NCBI GenBank assembly: GCA_031835245.2
Contig: JAVKOQ020000033.1
Location: 248,001 to 295,964, forward strand
DNA: 47,964 nt
From: Balamuthia mandrillaris
Taxonomy: Eukaryota
Reading direction: 5' to 3'
Made by a program: the position numbers and the translations under genes. Below the pieces are notes generated by a model, which saw only the letters and a program-made list of their open reading frames with translations, did no database searches and was not told the origin of the DNA. Below are positions 12,152 through 24,722 of this stretch, piece by piece (the stretch's first letter is position 1; the number at the start of each line of letters is the position of its first letter).

Positions 12152-15100
12152 TTATTTCCAGACCTTAACAACACCATCCCTGCTGCCAGAGATGAGCATG
12201 CGGTGAGGCAGCTCCAATACCTCCAGAGCAGTGATGCAATCGTTGTGATGAATGGCAGGAGTGCTTCTCCCCATTGGTTGTCGGTTGAGATATGCCGCAG
12301 CCACCGAAGAAGAGGAGGAGGAAGAGACGGATTCTTCTTCTTCATCAGGAAAGTGGCCTCCACCAGAGGTACTTGCAGTACCAGTGCTGCCTCCGTCAGC
12401 TGATAGACGATAGTTAGGAAGGAGCTCTTGAAAGACAGTTGTTCCACCATCGAGGAGGGAGCCATAACGAGGCCGCTGCTCCTGTTCGGCAAGGCCAGAT
12501 ATGACATAAGAGGTAGCAGCTTTGTTGATGTCCCAGAATCTTATCTTTTTGTCAGTGCCACCAGTAATAAGCCAAGAACAGTTTGGAGGACTAAGTAGGG
12601 AGTGGATGGAATGGGAGGTGTAGGGGGTTGCCATTTGTTCATGCAAGTCGTCCATTCCAAAGTCATGAGAACAGCGATGAGGCCGGGATTCAGCAATTCT
12701 GTTGGTAGTGCTGCTTCCACCACCGCTGAAGCGGTTGGAACCTGTAGCGTCGGCACCAGAATTGCTGCTTTCAGTTGAAGGGCTGCCCTCACCGTAGTTA
12801 CCAATGATAAAAGGAGAGATATGGGTGGAGGATGCCGTGGCTCCGTTCGCTCCACTATTCATTGCGGAGGTGGAGAGAACAGCCGTTGTGGCAGACGCAG
12901 ACGAAGGAGAGGCAGCTCGGAAAAGTTGAACGCAGGAGCCAGTTTCAACGTCCCACAAGTCTACCTCGTTGCTACCGGAAGCCGCAAAGATGCACGAGTT
13001 ACTTTTGGTGGTGTTGAAGTGCAGAACGGAATGAATAGAGTGTTTGCGAGAGTGGCGCCAAGTCTTGGTGGGAATGTTGAAACGGATGTCCCACAGTGTG
13101 AAAAAGCCTCGGCTAGTAGCTGTTATTAGCCAGTTACGTTGGGGATCGATTACAAAATGCTGAAGGAGACCGAGGTCGTTGTCGTTTTGCATTAACCATG
13201 CTGTCGTGTCGCTTCGCAAGTCAAATGCGCGCACCACTCCTTTGGTTGTACCATAAACCAACAAAGACTATTGCAACAGGAATGGTAGTTAGTATCAAAG
13301 AAGGTATCTTGAAAGCAACGGGCAACAAGAAAAACCAGACAAAACCAAGCCAACAAATCACAAATATAATACCAACCTGGTTGCTGTCGTTGTAGTGCTC
13401 CAACTGAACAACGGAGCCATCAATGCCATCAAAGCATTTGATAGTGGACATGCCAGTATACCGATGAACGCTACCCTCCTTCTTGGTGGTGTATTCTACA
13501 TTGAAAAGGTGTATGGAACCATTATCACTTCCAGAGGCAACTGTGTGAGTGTTTTCACAGATGGCAATGGAGGTCACTTTTCCTCCTTGCGCGGAGTAAG
13601 TCAGCCGGGAACGAATAGTTACGTTCTTCTCCAGCCGCTGGCTGTCCCATATTTTGACTGACAATTTAAAGAGTACAGGGTAGATCGTTCATGGAGAGAC
13701 TGTGCGTGAGGAAAATGCAAGAAAAAGATTGAACGGGAAACGAAGAAACGTACCAGTGCCATCGTCAGAACATGAGGCGAAAAATAAGTTATCCCGGCTG
13801 ACCCGGAGCTGATTGACGGCGCCTTGGTGTTCATGAAGATGGGCTACAAGCACACCACGAGGTCGCCAGTCCTTCCACTGTTCACCGGTGGCAGAGTATC
13901 CTGTACCAACTATGCTGCCACCAATAACACCGCTGCCACCACCAGAACCGCCGCCACCAACGTGTAGACCAGCATCGGAGCGTTGACGAGAATGGACCGC
14001 AGTGTTTTCCGGCAGTGGAGTGGCTGGTCCGTTGGCTCCCAGCCCACTATTGTTGAGGTTGGGCATAGTTGCCCCTCCAGGTATCGCCGTGCCTGCTGCT
14101 GTTCCACCTAATCCCCCTGCTACTTTGAGCGAGTCAGATGAAGGGGGGTTGTTGGAAGAGTGGAGGCCGCCAACCACACCACTGCTGCCCTCCCCGGCCT
14201 CTGACATGCTGCGAGCTTTCTTGCTGGAGAGGTATGGCAGTGGAGCTGTGTGGACAGGTATGGAACGAGATAAGTGGGCGTATTCGGAGAGCTGCTTTCG
14301 TCCACTGGAAGGCCTGGCTGGTCTAACTTGCGATTTATCTATTTCGTTCTTGGAAGCCCATAAACTACTCTTGCTAGAATGGGTAAACATACACAGAAGG
14401 AAAGCGTTGGCGCAATTCACAGAGAAGATAAATGTACGTACAAATTAATTGCTCTCGACGCCGAGCAAAGATATTCTTTCATCAACTGAAGCTTTTCCAT
14501 TTCCTCCGACACAACACCACATTCGCTCAGCTTTGTCGCAAAGGCGATATCAAAGGCATCATCTTGTTTGTTAGAGCGTTGCCCACCAATTGGTGACTTC
14601 CGTTGCTGGGCATCACTGGTGACAATAGTACCACCCGCATCCGGCTGTCTAGGTGTTTGTGGAGTACTGAGCGGAGAAAGGGTAGGTTCATCACCGGCTG
14701 CAACCCCAGCTAAGCGTGGCGAGACAATTCTCCCCACCTCGCCTGAGAGGATTGGTCCTATGCTGTATAAAGCTTTCTCGAAGTTTACTCGCGATACCTA
14801 TCAAGAGGGCAAAAAAAAAGTGAAGAGGATAAGATGCCAGCAGACAAGGATAAAGATAGTGCTTGGTCTGAAATCATACCGGAGGTTTCAATGCTTCTAA
14901 CAGGCTTTGAGCGGTTACATCCACTATATCGCTAAGCAGAAATGGGCGAAGGATGGGTATAAGAAAGCAATACACATCAGCTACACTCAGCTGCTTAGCA
15001 ATAGCCGCCATTATTGCCACCACACCAAAACGAATCCAGACATTAGGATGAAATAGCATAGGTGCCGTGCGCCCTGCTATCTCGATCAAAACTGGCTTCC

Positions 15101-18100
15101 TAAAAAGCCCTAATTCACAGAGACTAGCCATACAGTTGACAGCTTTGTCGATTACAAACTCTTCTTCATCTATTGCAAATTGTGAGTTATTCTGTGGGTT
15201 CCCACACGAAACAAATGAAAGGATCCCACCTGTTAAGCACTGATATATACACGGGAGAATGAAAGCTTTAAGTCGGACCATGCCGACAAAAGCACTGACG
15301 CCCACAATGTTGTGAAAGAAAGCACAACGAAGCTCCCAGTCCCCATGCTCATTAACAAGAGTGCTAAGATGAGGTAGAAACGTATTTTCTGTCTTCTCTC
15401 TTCCAAAAAATATACACAGCCGCGTTATGTCCTGCAATAATAAATTACGATTAAACAAGAACGAAGTGAGAGAGAGAGAGAGAGAGAGAGAGAGGAGGGA
15501 GGGAGGAGGGATACAAACCATCAACAAAGTCCTTTTTACAGCTGAGGAGGTTTCTTTGGTGAGGATGTAGACCACAATGTCATGAAATATTTCCTGTATC
15601 TCATTGAGCTCTGCGTCGTAGGTTCCTTGATAAGGCAACAAATTCCTGCTAGAGCCACTCATCTCATTCAAGGATACTCTCTTGAAAAACTGATAGATAG
15701 CAGGTATCAAGGGAAAGTGACCAGCTGTATAAGCAAAAAAGAAAGAAGTATTTGAAAATGGGGGCTTACGGTATTACCTGAGAAGCTTCAAGAAATCTGC
15801 GAGAGACCTCAGCCAACCGGGCAAGATTCTCAGCGAGGGCTTGCCTCACCATCTCTTCTTTGTCCACGTGGAACTCCCCAAGGGCTGGCAAAATGTACTC
15901 TGGGAATATGTGTGCATCTCCAGGCGGAAACTCTTTAACGTTTTCCAACTTTAAATAGACCGTTTTTGATGGTTTGTTTTTGAAAATATTAGCGCGGCGT
16001 CAAGTAAAGGGTGGAATGGAAAGTAAGAAATAAAAAAGGCAAAGTTTACCACTTGAGTTACAGTCCTAAGAGCGGTAATCCGCACTAGTGGTGGCATATT
16101 GCTGGACAGTTGGGAGACAATGTAAGGGACTTGTCGCTGGAGCTTGGACTTATTATCCAGAAAGGGGATGAGCAAGGACAAAATGTCGAGGGCAGTTAAC
16201 TTCGCTAACGTCGTTTGCACGTTCCTAAGAAGGGAATGAACCATACTGAGGATCATCACAAAGCCTTCGTTTACAGAGGATGATCCCTCGCTTCCAGTAC
16301 TGTCTGCTGTGCTGGACAGCAGTTCTTCCGAAGAGCCATTTTCGGTTATGGGATCGATGCCAAGACTATTTGTGGAAGTATTGGTTTGTTGGAGGATTGC
16401 AGTGGAGGAGGGAGAAGTATTATCTTGAGTATCCGTGGTGGAACTTGTAGTTGTGGTGGCAACAACGTTCTCTGAATTGAAGGGTGGGGAAGAGGATAAA
16501 TCCTCGACAGCATCCTCTAGCAAGGGTAAAGAAGAGGGAGGTTCTACCAACATCGTTTCTGAGTTGATGATAGTACTTGTAATGTGGCGCTTCGTCCCAT
16601 CCTCTACAGTATTGTCACTATAAGTGCGATTGCTGTCTGTAGATGCTCCCTCAGTAGCTGCGATGGATGGAGGTGAAGAAGGTTGGGAAAAAGAAGGGGT
16701 TCCTCGTGCTTCCAAGTGATGAATGAATGTTTCTGTGTCTAGCAGTAGTGGTATGGTGTCATCTTTTGGCGAAGTGTTACGGATATCCTTTTTGATAAGG
16801 GGAGCATGCGAGCGAGCACTGTTCGCGTTGGAGGAGGCTGCGTTGTTTTCTTGCTGCTCTCGTGGCTGCCTTAGAGATGAGGGTTGCGCGACGTTACCAG
16901 CTACATCCCGCAGGAGCGAGAAATTTAATACCCCTTCGTTTTGCGCCTCTGAAAGCATCGTGTAAGACAATAAACAAAGGGAGAAAAAGAGCAAGGAGCA
17001 AAGAGAGAAGAGAGAAGAGAGAAGAGAGAAGAGAGAAGAGAGAAGAGAGAAGAGAGAAGAGAAAGAGAGAAGAGAGAAGAGAGAAAAAAGAGAGAAAGAA
17101 AGAGAAAGAGAAGAGAAAGAGAAGAGAAGAGAGAAAGAAGAGAGAAGAGAGAAGAAGAGAGAAGAGAGAAGAGAGAAGAGAGAAGAGAGAAGAGAGAAGG
17201 GAGAAGGGAGAAGGGAGAAGGGAGAAGGGAGAAGAGAGAAGAGAGAAGAGAGAGAAGAGAGAGAGAAGAGAGAGAGAGAGAAAAAAATAACGGCAGTAAT
17301 GGTAACGCACGAGTAAAATTATCAAGAATGAAATTGCTTTTTAGATCGTGGTGAATGGTGTTAATCCTGGTGTCAGCATCTTTCAACATCAACTCAGCGG
17401 TGTATGAGTGAAGAAAAGCAAAGTAGGAGGGAAACGCTTTGCCCGTCCTTTGAATACGTGCACGATGTTAATGCAACAAAAACGGAACAACAACAAAACA
17501 GCCAACAGCAGGAATACAATAACAACGTACCAGAGACGAAGATACTTCTCAGCTGCAAAACGGCTGGAGGGTTCTTTCTGAATCATGTGCTTGATCAAAT
17601 CTCTGATATGAGGATCGTGTATCTTGTCGAGGGTGGGGGTTGGATCGTATTCGCCTTTTCTATACTTCAGCAACTGAGATATGTCAAAGATTGGACTCTC
17701 TAGGAATAGCTCTGCTATCACACACCTGCAGGAAAAACAACAGATGGTGAGTTCGCGCCGATAGAAGGAAGAAAAAAGAAGTAACAAGCAGTAACCCCAA
17801 AGAAAATATGTCCATGGACGGAGCTAGCTCTCCTTTAGGCTGAGTTTTGTTGAGGTCAGAGGCGTAGAACCGCTCAGGCGCGAGGTAGCACGTCCGACGG
17901 CCACCCGTGTCGAAGAAAAAAGTAAAGTCCTCTGGATTGTCTTCCAGAATGAAGGTGGGTTTATAACTGGCAAAGTCGGACAGGTAGAGCCAGTTCCAGC
18001 TGGTAAGCAATACATTTTCGCACTTGATGTCTCCGTGGCATATTCCGTAAAAGTGTGTTTGGGAGAGTGCCTGTAGTAACTGAAAAGTTATCCACTTCTT

Positions 18101-18682
18101 TTCTATCGTGTGGAGAAATGGTCGCGTGCTGTATAGGGCATCAACAAGTTACTCCCAATTCACAAGAGGAGAAAAAGAGGGACAAAAGAGAAGAGAAAAG
18201 AGAGACGGGTTTTTAGAGCGAGAATGAAAGAAACGACAACAAAGAACGAAGAGGGAGAAGAGTGAGCCAACCCTATCCGCTCGTAAAGGTTGTAAGGAAA
18301 GTATTGGCGGATGAGGTAACCCGCTTTTTCAGTTTCAAGAAACCGTTGAAAGGGAAATACGTTTGGGTTCCGGATTTGGCAAAAGTTCTCTCTGATCTCT
18401 GCATGACTCGCAAGGTAAACGTGGGTGGAAGGGGGAAAGGATAGCACTACAATAGGGTAGAGGAGGAAATGGCGTACCCCTTAACCGGTCTACGTGTTCT
18501 TTGAGGTTCAGTTCGGTGCGTTTCACGTAGACCTTGACTACAACAGGGCCTTCGTCGTGCAGACACTTTATGGTCTTGAAAAAGCGTCCATTGCCCATGC
18601 TCTCGTCGTACACGATCTTCTCGGAGAGGTCATGGAGGTAGTGGTCCAAGTGGACAGTTTGGGAGGCAAGTTTATTGCCCAT
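12152..18682 (-). CDS. VPS15: Phosphoinositide 3-kinase regulatory subunit 4 / Vps15 (kinase-like domain, HEAT repeats, WD40), multi-exon
   Basis: MGNKL myristoylation start, [88 protein letters not shown]-terminal [13 protein letters not shown]. Confidence 0.98.
17001..17281 (+). repeat. Intronic (GAGAA)n purine microsatellite, pyrimidine-rich on the VPS15 sense strand
   Basis: About 280 bp of directly visible degenerate pentamer repeat inside a VPS15 intron. Confidence 0.95.
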
Positions 18683-19032
18683 GGCGTGCAGTTGCCCTTT
18701 TGTGTGCCTGTATTTGGTGGAGTGGTGGTCCTTCTTCCTCTTTCTTTGGGGACGATAGGGAGAGCTCTTCCTCCTCTTCTTTCTCTCTCTTTTTTCTTTT
18801 TGGGGGGCGGAGACTCTTCCAACTTATGTCAGCAATTTACCATATTTGGGATAATTCGCTGCTCACGGTCTGCCCGTTTTCACGTCATGCAAGACGAAGC
18901 AGAAGGAAGAAGGAAGAGAAGCAAGAAGAACAAGAAGCAAGAAGCAAGAAGAAGCAAGTACAAACAGACAGACAGACAGAGAGAGCTCTTACCAGTCAGT
19001 CAGGTTCAACCCCTTTGTCCCTCTGAGGCGCC

Positions 19033-21870
19033 ATGAGGTGGAGCACACAACCATCACCACCACCCACGGCACGTGCCCTTGGCCTGGCGCTTGGCCTGCC
19101 AGCAGCAAGGCACCACCATAGCACGGCCAGCAGGCTGCTGCCCCACCCTCGCTGGTGGGGCTCTCTCCCCAACAACATCCTCTTCGCTGGCAGTAGTGGT
19201 CAGAGGCTACCGCTGGCACTGCCCGTGGCGGCCGTGAACTATTGCAGCTGCAGCAGCAGGAGCGGCGGCGGCGGCAGTAGTAATGGGAATGGCAGCTATT
19301 CGCCAAAAGATGACGGTGCAGTGGCACTTTCACAGCAGCGGCCCCACCCGTTATTCACTTTACCACCCAACAACGGATTACAAGAAGGACAAGAAGGACG
19401 GCCAGACTACTGGCGGCGGCTACGAGTGATAGAGCAAAGGATAAACGGCAAGGGCTTGTCGCTGTGGTCGGCACGGTCATACTATTACCTGGTGGGCGAG
19501 GCGGCCCAACAAGCGGACACCGAGCAGCTCCTCGACATATTGCAGGTTATGCAATACCATTCTGTGAAGCCCACTGCTGACCTGTTTTGCACGTTCATCT
19601 CCAAGTGGATGCACAAGCCCCCTACCAGGGAGGGGGACGAGAACGAGGCCGCAGCAAAGGGGGAGAGAGAGGTGCCCTTCCCTACGCCGTTTCTGCTTTC
19701 GGTGATGAGGAGGTGGGGTATTCACCCTCGTAGCCCACCACACGCTCTCAAGTTTGTAACGGCTTTGCTGCAAGCTGGAGATGCAGGGACTGCCCTAACC
19801 CTCCTCCGCCCATTGCTGGCCGCTGCAAATACTACCACCAACGCCACACAACAAAGCACAGGGACAAAGATATGGCAGCAGCACCACTGGCGCGCTTTCT
19901 TGCAAGCCTGTAAAGCCAGAATCAAAAGTTGCAAGAGTACGACCAACCGTCAAATGGAAGGAGGGCCTCAGGACATGGTGGCCACTGCCTTTACCTTGGT
20001 TGATATGTTGCTGAATATGGGCCAGCACTCCATTTCGCACAGCACTGCATCCGTTCCCACAGAGACCACTAGTAGCACCAATGGCACCACAACAACGCAA
20101 CTGCAACCTGAAACGCTGCGCAGTTTGTTTGCTGTGTGCGCAGAGGCAGGGGATGTGGATGCCGCCAACCGGGCCTACAAGATCGCCAAGCAGCAGCAGC
20201 ACCAATGGGCACAGGGCTATACGGCTGAGTACTTATTGTCCTATCTGAATCTGATATTGTCGGCGTGTGGTGCAGCCAAGGATGAGGCTGCCGCCGAGCA
20301 GGTCATGGGCATGATACAAAAAGAGGGCTTAAAACCTGACCGTTTCACTTGGGGGCTCTATGTGGAGGCATTGGCTGCTAGTGGCAACGTTAATAAAGCC
20401 CTTCACCTGCTGACACAGTTGGAGCATCACCAAGGCATCCGGTTATCTCCATCGGCAATGGTCGCTCTCTGTACTTTCTGCATACAGGAGCAACGGTGGG
20501 AGCAAGCACTTGCCATCCTACACACGCGATTTGGCCGCCTGAATCTACCACAATGCCACAAGCTCATTTTCTCAAGCCTCCGCCACCAAGCTCCTTTCTT
20601 TGCAGCCCTTCTGTTCAAGTACATGAACGAAAACCGAGTGCCCCTAGACCTTTCCACCTTCGTCCTTCAAATCGAAACATTGTGTCAGCAGCACCAGCAG
20701 CAACATCCGCTCCAAACAAACTCTCCCGCATCAGCCCAACTCAATGAAAAATTCATTAGACAAATAGCAGACCTCTGCCTAGAGGTAGCACAAGAGCATT
20801 GTCTGGATCTGGCGCAAGTGCAGCGAAGCGCACAGAAGGTCTTGTTGTGCAGTCATTCACTGTCATTGTGGTTTGCCACACCACAACATGCCATTCTTCT
20901 GTTGCAACTCTTCAAGCAGCAACGGCAACAGCAGGGAGAGGGACATGAGGGCGAGGAAAACGAGCAGGCGAAGGAAGAGAACAGGTTGGCCTACTACCCC
21001 TTCCTCCGGCTCTATGGGCACAACAAGCTGGCCGAAGCAGCAGAACAGCTGGTGGAAGAAATGCGAAAGCAGGGAGTGCCTATTGACGCCCACGCTTACC
21101 GCTTACTCTTGCAGAGCTGCGAGAAAGGAGATCATAATAGAGCATTGCGGGGGATGGAAGGCATGCTTGCTGATGGCCTACTTCCCGAAAAGCCACATTT
21201 CATATCGGCCATACGGGCTTGTGTCAACGCGGACCGCCTACCCACTGCTCTAGCGCTCTGGGAGCGCATGAAAGGCTCTGAGGATGGACCCTCTGGTGAA
21301 GCCTTGGAACCCATTCTGTGCGCCTATGCTGCCCTCCCAGATGGCCTGGAGCGCTGTGCCGCGCTTCTTCTTCCTGCTGACCCGCCTGCACAACCATCAG
21401 GTTCTCGTCTCCATACGCCATTCTTTCTCAGCCCTCTTTGTAGGCAGGCCATACAACAGATATGCGCCTCTGTAAATGTCCACTCCAATTCCCGTCGCCG
21501 CCGCTTAAAGGCCCGCCTCTTATCTTTCTGCAGGCCCGCTTCCCTTCTCACACCTACTGCTCATGCCGCCCCAGATCAGAGGAAGCCAAATACCAAAGTC
21601 GAGGGGCAGGGCAAGCAACAGGAAAATGGCATGGTGGCCCCCAACTATTACACGAGTGACGCTCAGTTTGCAGATCATCTGCTCCAAGTGGTTAATCAAC
21701 ACCACGATGTGGAGGAGGCATTTCGCGTGGTGGCAGCCAAGCAAAAGGAACATCCTTTAGGGCAGCGATCCTTCTGGACACTGTTTAAACTCTGTGGAAA
21801 GTATGGAGATATGCAGGAGGGGCGCCGCTTGCGCGACTTGGCCACCCAACACCACCTCCTCCATCTCTGA
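19033..21870 (+). CDS. Pentatricopeptide-repeat protein, probably mitochondrial; single exon, 945 aa
   Basis: PPR-like units LNLILSACGAAKDEAAAEQVMGMIQKEGLKPDRFTWGLYVEALAASGNVNKALHLL, AEQLVEEMRKQGVPIDAHAYRLLLQSC, MLADGLLPEKPHFISAIRAC. Arg/Ala/Leu-rich, acid-free N-terminus resembles a transit peptide. Confidence 0.88.
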   Translation: MRWSTQPSPPPTARALGLALGLPAARHHHSTASRLLPHPRWWGSLPNNILFAGSSGQRLPLALPVAAVNYCSCSSRSGGGGSSNGNGSYSPKDDGAVALSQQRPHPLFTLPPNNGLQEGQEGRPDYWRRLRVIEQRINGKGLSLWSARSYYYLVGEAAQQADTEQLLDILQVMQYHSVKPTADLFCTFISKWMHKPPTREGDENEAAAKGEREVPFPTPFLLSVMRRWGIHPRSPPHALKFVTALLQAGDAGTALTLLRPLLAAANTTTNATQQSTGTKIWQQHHWRAFLQACKARIKSCKSTTNRQMEGGPQDMVATAFTLVDMLLNMGQHSISHSTASVPTETTSSTNGTTTTQLQPETLRSLFAVCAEAGDVDAANRAYKIAKQQQHQWAQGYTAEYLLSYLNLILSACGAAKDEAAAEQVMGMIQKEGLKPDRFTWGLYVEALAASGNVNKALHLLTQLEHHQGIRLSPSAMVALCTFCIQEQRWEQALAILHTRFGRLNLPQCHKLIFSSLRHQAPFFAALLFKYMNENRVPLDLSTFVLQIETLCQQHQQQHPLQTNSPASAQLNEKFIRQIADLCLEVAQEHCLDLAQVQRSAQKVLLCSHSLSLWFATPQHAILLLQLFKQQRQQQGEGHEGEENEQAKEENRLAYYPFLRLYGHNKLAEAAEQLVEEMRKQGVPIDAHAYRLLLQSCEKGDHNRALRGMEGMLADGLLPEKPHFISAIRACVNADRLPTALALWERMKGSEDGPSGEALEPILCAYAALPDGLERCAALLLPADPPAQPSGSRLHTPFFLSPLCRQAIQQICASVNVHSNSRRRRLKARLLSFCRPASLLTPTAHAAPDQRKPNTKVEGQGKQQENGMVAPNYYTSDAQFADHLLQVVNQHHDVEEAFRVVAAKQKEHPLGQRSFWTLFKLCGKYGDMQEGRRLRDLATQHHLLHL

Positions 21871-22138
21871 ACAAAAAGCAATTGTCTTGAGATAATCCAA
21901 ACAGAAAAATATCGATATATGTAGACAATAATTACAATATTATGGAATTATCGACTAACTCAAATAATACTATTCTGTCCAGGTTATCGTCGACAAAAAA
22001 GGATTAGCCATTTTAACCCTGTCGATAGCCTATCGCAATAAATGTCTACAAAAACCCCATTTTAGCCAGGCTTCCTCATTCGCGTCGACAATCAAAGAAA
22101 GTTGGTTTGTTTCTGTTTGTCTTCTTCTTTGGCCCACT

Positions 22139-23303
22139 ATGCAGCCCTCCTCCCTCCAGTTCCTCCTCCTCCTCTCGCTTTGTGAGCGATAGCCAACAGG
22201 AAGTGAGCTTTAAGGGCCACACAGTGGTCCTACCAACTCTTTCTATCGGCCACGTTGGTCAACTTGCAGTGGATTTACTTGTGGCTTCCAACCGGTTACC
22301 GCGGGTGGGCTTTTTGGAAGATGAGAACTTGCTCTCACTGGTTGGTAACGATGCCTACCGGCTCACTGCCTCACACTCTTCTCCATCAGGGAGCTTGTCC
22401 ACGAATTTTGAAGGTAGGCACTTGAGTGTGACTACTTGTGCAACAACAGTCGTTAACAGGCAGCTTTTCTCTCTTGCAAGTGTTTCAAGATGAGAACAAC
22501 AAGGTAACCTATTGCCAGCAACGGGCTCCTGTTATCAAGGTAGCGAGAAACCTCTCACCTCCGTCCTCTTTCTTCACTATCATTATTATGATGATGAACC
22601 CTGACTGCTGCTGCACAACGACACCGTAGAACCACAACCACTTGTTCGTGCGCAACCTAGTCAGTTGGCTGGTGCAGGCCCGTTTCCAGCAAGTGGTAGT
22701 GCTGGCTAGTGTGGACTCAGCCCGGCGTGTAAGTCTCCAGCAGTTTCAATTGCAACCGCAGCCAAGTGCTGGGTTCGGGTGTGTCCCATCATCATCAGTG
22801 ACAGCATGCTTTCTCGCTACCAACAACTAACTGGCAAAACCAACAACAAACCAAAGGCATGAGGAGGTGCAGCAACCATTTCTAACACGCTATTTGACCA
22901 CAACTCCTGCCACTGCCACTGTTACAGCTAACCTACCCAGTAAGGAAGAGGGCTGGTGGCCCTTCGAGGAGGGCACCTTTGATCACTGCTTCAAGACCAC
23001 TAGCTTCACCTCCCTCCTCATAAAGGAGTGCCACGCGGCAGGCCTTCCTGTCCTCCTCCTCGCCATATTTTGTGGAGAGGGCATGACAGTTCCGTATGGT
23101 ATAAAGCTGGCAGAGGGTGCCCTGTCCTCCCTCTCTTCTGGCCAACGTGCCACTGGCGGTACGTGGTTCTCTCTCTCCCCCTCCCCAAAACTGTCTGACT
23201 CGTTTCTGCAGAAGGGCAAACACAGTGTAACTGGTCAATGCCACTGTCTTGGACGGAGTTATTGGCAAGTGAAGAAGCAACAACAGCGTTGTTGTATGGC
23301 TAG
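22139..23303 (+). CDS. PSMG2: Proteasome assembly chaperone 2 (PAC2), multi-exon; apparent 1-nt frameshift just after the start codon
   Basis: GHTVVLPTLSIGHVGQLAVDLLV, LLSLVGNDAY, QQRAPVIK, VVVLASVD, LLLAIFCGEG, C-terminal WSMPLSWTELL...LLYG*. Confidence 0.88.
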
Positions 23304-23423
23304 AAACATGTTTTTTTTTGAGTGCTATATGTGCCCAAGAGAGGGATGATGTGTGTGAAAGTAACTGGAATGGAGGGATGGTTGCATAATGCCTGCCGTG
23401 AAGCTCCTCTTCACCACATCTTT

Positions 23424-24682
23424 TCAAAGCATACCAAATCCTAATAATAGTGGTGATGGTGAAGACGGAGGGAATATTAGCCAAAATTAGGTATTAAACC
23501 AGAACAGTTAAGCCAATGGTCGTAGCAAAGCTTACCTTCGGCGTTGTTAACGGCAGCGAGAAGGCGCTGCCTCAAAATTTCCTTGCTGCTGTATTCCGGA
23601 AGGAGAAGGTGGTTGAAGCAGGTATGTGCTTGGGGCAGCCTGCAATCATGAAATGTAACGTTAGGCAAGGAAAAGGTTAACGAGCGTGAGAAGTAGAAGA
23701 TAGTACCGATCGTCATCATTCCCATGCCGGGCAATTATAAATTGAAGTTTACCAAGACCACCAATAGGAGCGCGGTCGCTCCCTGTGCTAAAGAAAAGTA
23801 ATTTTTTCTTTTGCTCCAAGGTAAAGCTATGTACAATCTCCCAGAAGTTTCTTTGCCAAGACGCCGCAATAAGTGTAAGAATACCACAACAATGAAGCGA
23901 GGTGAAGGAAAACGCACTTAATTACAGGATGGTCTGGATGATACCCACTGTCATATGAAGTCACTTTCTCTAATTCCTCAAAGTCCAGGACGGGACTGCC
24001 GCAAATGAGAAGCTCCAACTCTTCAGCCCTGAACAACTGGGGTGTGGAGGAAAGCTTAGCCAACAATCAAGCGTAAGCATGGATATAAATAAATACCTTA
24101 AATCCAGGACTCATGCAAACTGTTTGAAAACCTTTGATAAAGGATTGGAACTGTCTTTCTACAGAGCGCTTCAAAAGGTACTCAATGTACAAGTTAACGT
24201 ACTCTGTTCCCCACGCGTTGTCAGTAAAACTGCTAGGAAAACCATACTCTCAAGACAACAGCCGGAGGTTCAAAAATAACCAAATTATCAATACCTTCGC
24301 GATTTGCGTTTGTGACGGGAATGTTTTCTCCATCAGGTTTTAAATCGTAAGTTTTGCGCTCGCCAAATACCTCATACGTGATCTGGAAATTCATTGCAAA
24401 AACATCCTCGACGTCGTCACCAGGATATTCGAGAAGTTTCCGCAGCCCGTGTGCCAAACCCTGTCCCTCTATTCTGTCAGAAATAGTGGCTGGAAAGATG
24501 CTGGCTTAGTTGGAATTACTTATACGTACAGGATTAATGCCAGCGAGGTCATCCATGGTAGGAGTGTGGTCATCACACAACTTTTTGTAGATGATAAAAG
24601 GAAAATGAACATCCAAAATTACTCCATTGTATATGGCTAGTCCCAAAATCTTTTTCAAAATAAGTACGGGCAGTAATGAGAG

Positions 24683-24722
<40 letters not shown>

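Noticed and set aside
16862..17392. EKR-rich and SL-rich ORFs
   Set aside because: Artefacts of the intronic (GAGAA)n repeat in VPS15.
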